Below, piece after piece: positions 4,969 through 5,112 of a stretch of DNA of 5,112 nt. The notes under the pieces were generated by a model. It searched no databases. It was given only the letters and a program-made list of their open reading frames with translations, and was not told the origin of the DNA. Source of the stretch: Chlamydiota bacterium (GTDB lineage: Bacteria; Auribacterota; JACPWU01). The stretch lies in contig JACPWU010000005.1 in the NCBI GenBank assembly GCA_016196885.1, positions 1 to 5,112 of the forward strand, in the 5' to 3' direction. The first letter of the stretch is position 1. Each line of letters begins with the position of its first letter. Made by a program: the position numbers and the translations under genes.

Positions 4969-4998
4969 ATTCTACCATGTCTCAAAAACGATATGCAA
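4969..4998 (-). promoter_or_regulatory. Candidate extended -10 promoter of the ABC importer operon
   Basis: The minus strand reads TTGCAT (4998-4993), an 18-nt spacer, then TGG TAGAAT (TG at 4977-4976, hexamer 4974-4969). An A/T-rich stretch GATTTTAAA lies immediately upstream of the -35. The -35 matches only 3 of 6 positions. Confidence 0.45.
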
Positions 4999-5058
4999 TT
5001 TAAAATCGTCGCGTGGCCTCGAATGATGCTGTATTTAAAAGTGTGTCCTTTTATTGAT

Positions 5059-5086
5059 GCGGGTGGCCCGACTGGGGGTCCCCCGC
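5059..5086. other. Very G+C-rich hairpin near the window edge (unknown element, possibly truncated)
   Basis: GCGGG (5059-5063) pairs with CCCGC (5082-5086), enclosing TGGCCCGACTGGGGGTC. By hand count 5059-5098 is roughly three-quarters G+C, far above the coding regions here. There is no U-tract on either strand, so it is not an obvious terminator. Confidence 0.3.
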
Positions 5087-5112
5087 TGATCGCCAGCAGA
5101 TGGAGACATGGA

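Noticed and set aside
4977-5003. Mini-ORF MSQKRYAI on the plus strand, preceded by AAGGTG
   Set aside because: It has eight codons, overlaps the minus-strand promoter and has no supporting context. It cannot be supported from sequence alone.
4988-5009. Inverted repeat ACGAT-N12-ATCGT bracketing the -35 box, a possible operator
   Set aside because: The arms are only 5 bp in AT-rich DNA and do not resemble LacI/GalR-type operator consensus. The chance expectation is too high.
4956-5112. Minus-strand frames open from the right edge (25 codons ending at 5035-5037; 51 codons ending at 4956-4958), possible C-terminus of an upstream gene
   Set aside because: The translations (for example ...GHTFKYSIIRGHATILNCISFLRHGRIHLL) have no recognisable features. 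They run through the promoter-like and very G+C-rich hairpin sequences. Sequence beyond 5112 is needed to evaluate them.

Overview
AT-rich bacterial chromosomal window; I cannot assign a taxon from sequence alone. The plus strand carries ordinary housekeeping genes: a near-consensus sigma70-type promoter, rpsT (ribosomal protein bS20) and htpX (M48 zinc metalloprotease). The minus strand carries what looks like a complete two-cistron carbohydrate-type (CUT1-like) ABC importer operon. It is bounded by a candidate extended -10 promoter (4969-4998) and a long hairpin plus U-tract terminator (1532-1586) shared with convergent htpX.

The first cistron is unusual. One uninterrupted reading frame encodes a signal peptide, a family-1 extracellular solute-binding domain, one extra transmembrane helix, and then a full MalF/UgpA-type permease. 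The second cistron is a normal MalG-type permease. No ATPase gene lies between the promoter and the terminator.

Several non-coding observations are not explained by the genes:
- A roughly 160-nt G+C-rich, multi-hairpin element sits exactly between the candidate promoter and the fusion gene start. It contains mutually exclusive pairings and is a candidate cis-regulatory leader, though a repeat element is an alternative.
- A five-unit heptamer tandem repeat lies between the two cistrons.
- The terminator arms are themselves inverted heptamer arrays.
- A G-rich motif is shared upstream of both cistrons.
- An in-frame 25-nt direct repeat duplicates the C-terminal octapeptide of the fusion protein.
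- A very G+C-rich hairpin is cut by the right edge of the window.

All calls come from reading the sequence by eye. No database search or folding computation was run.
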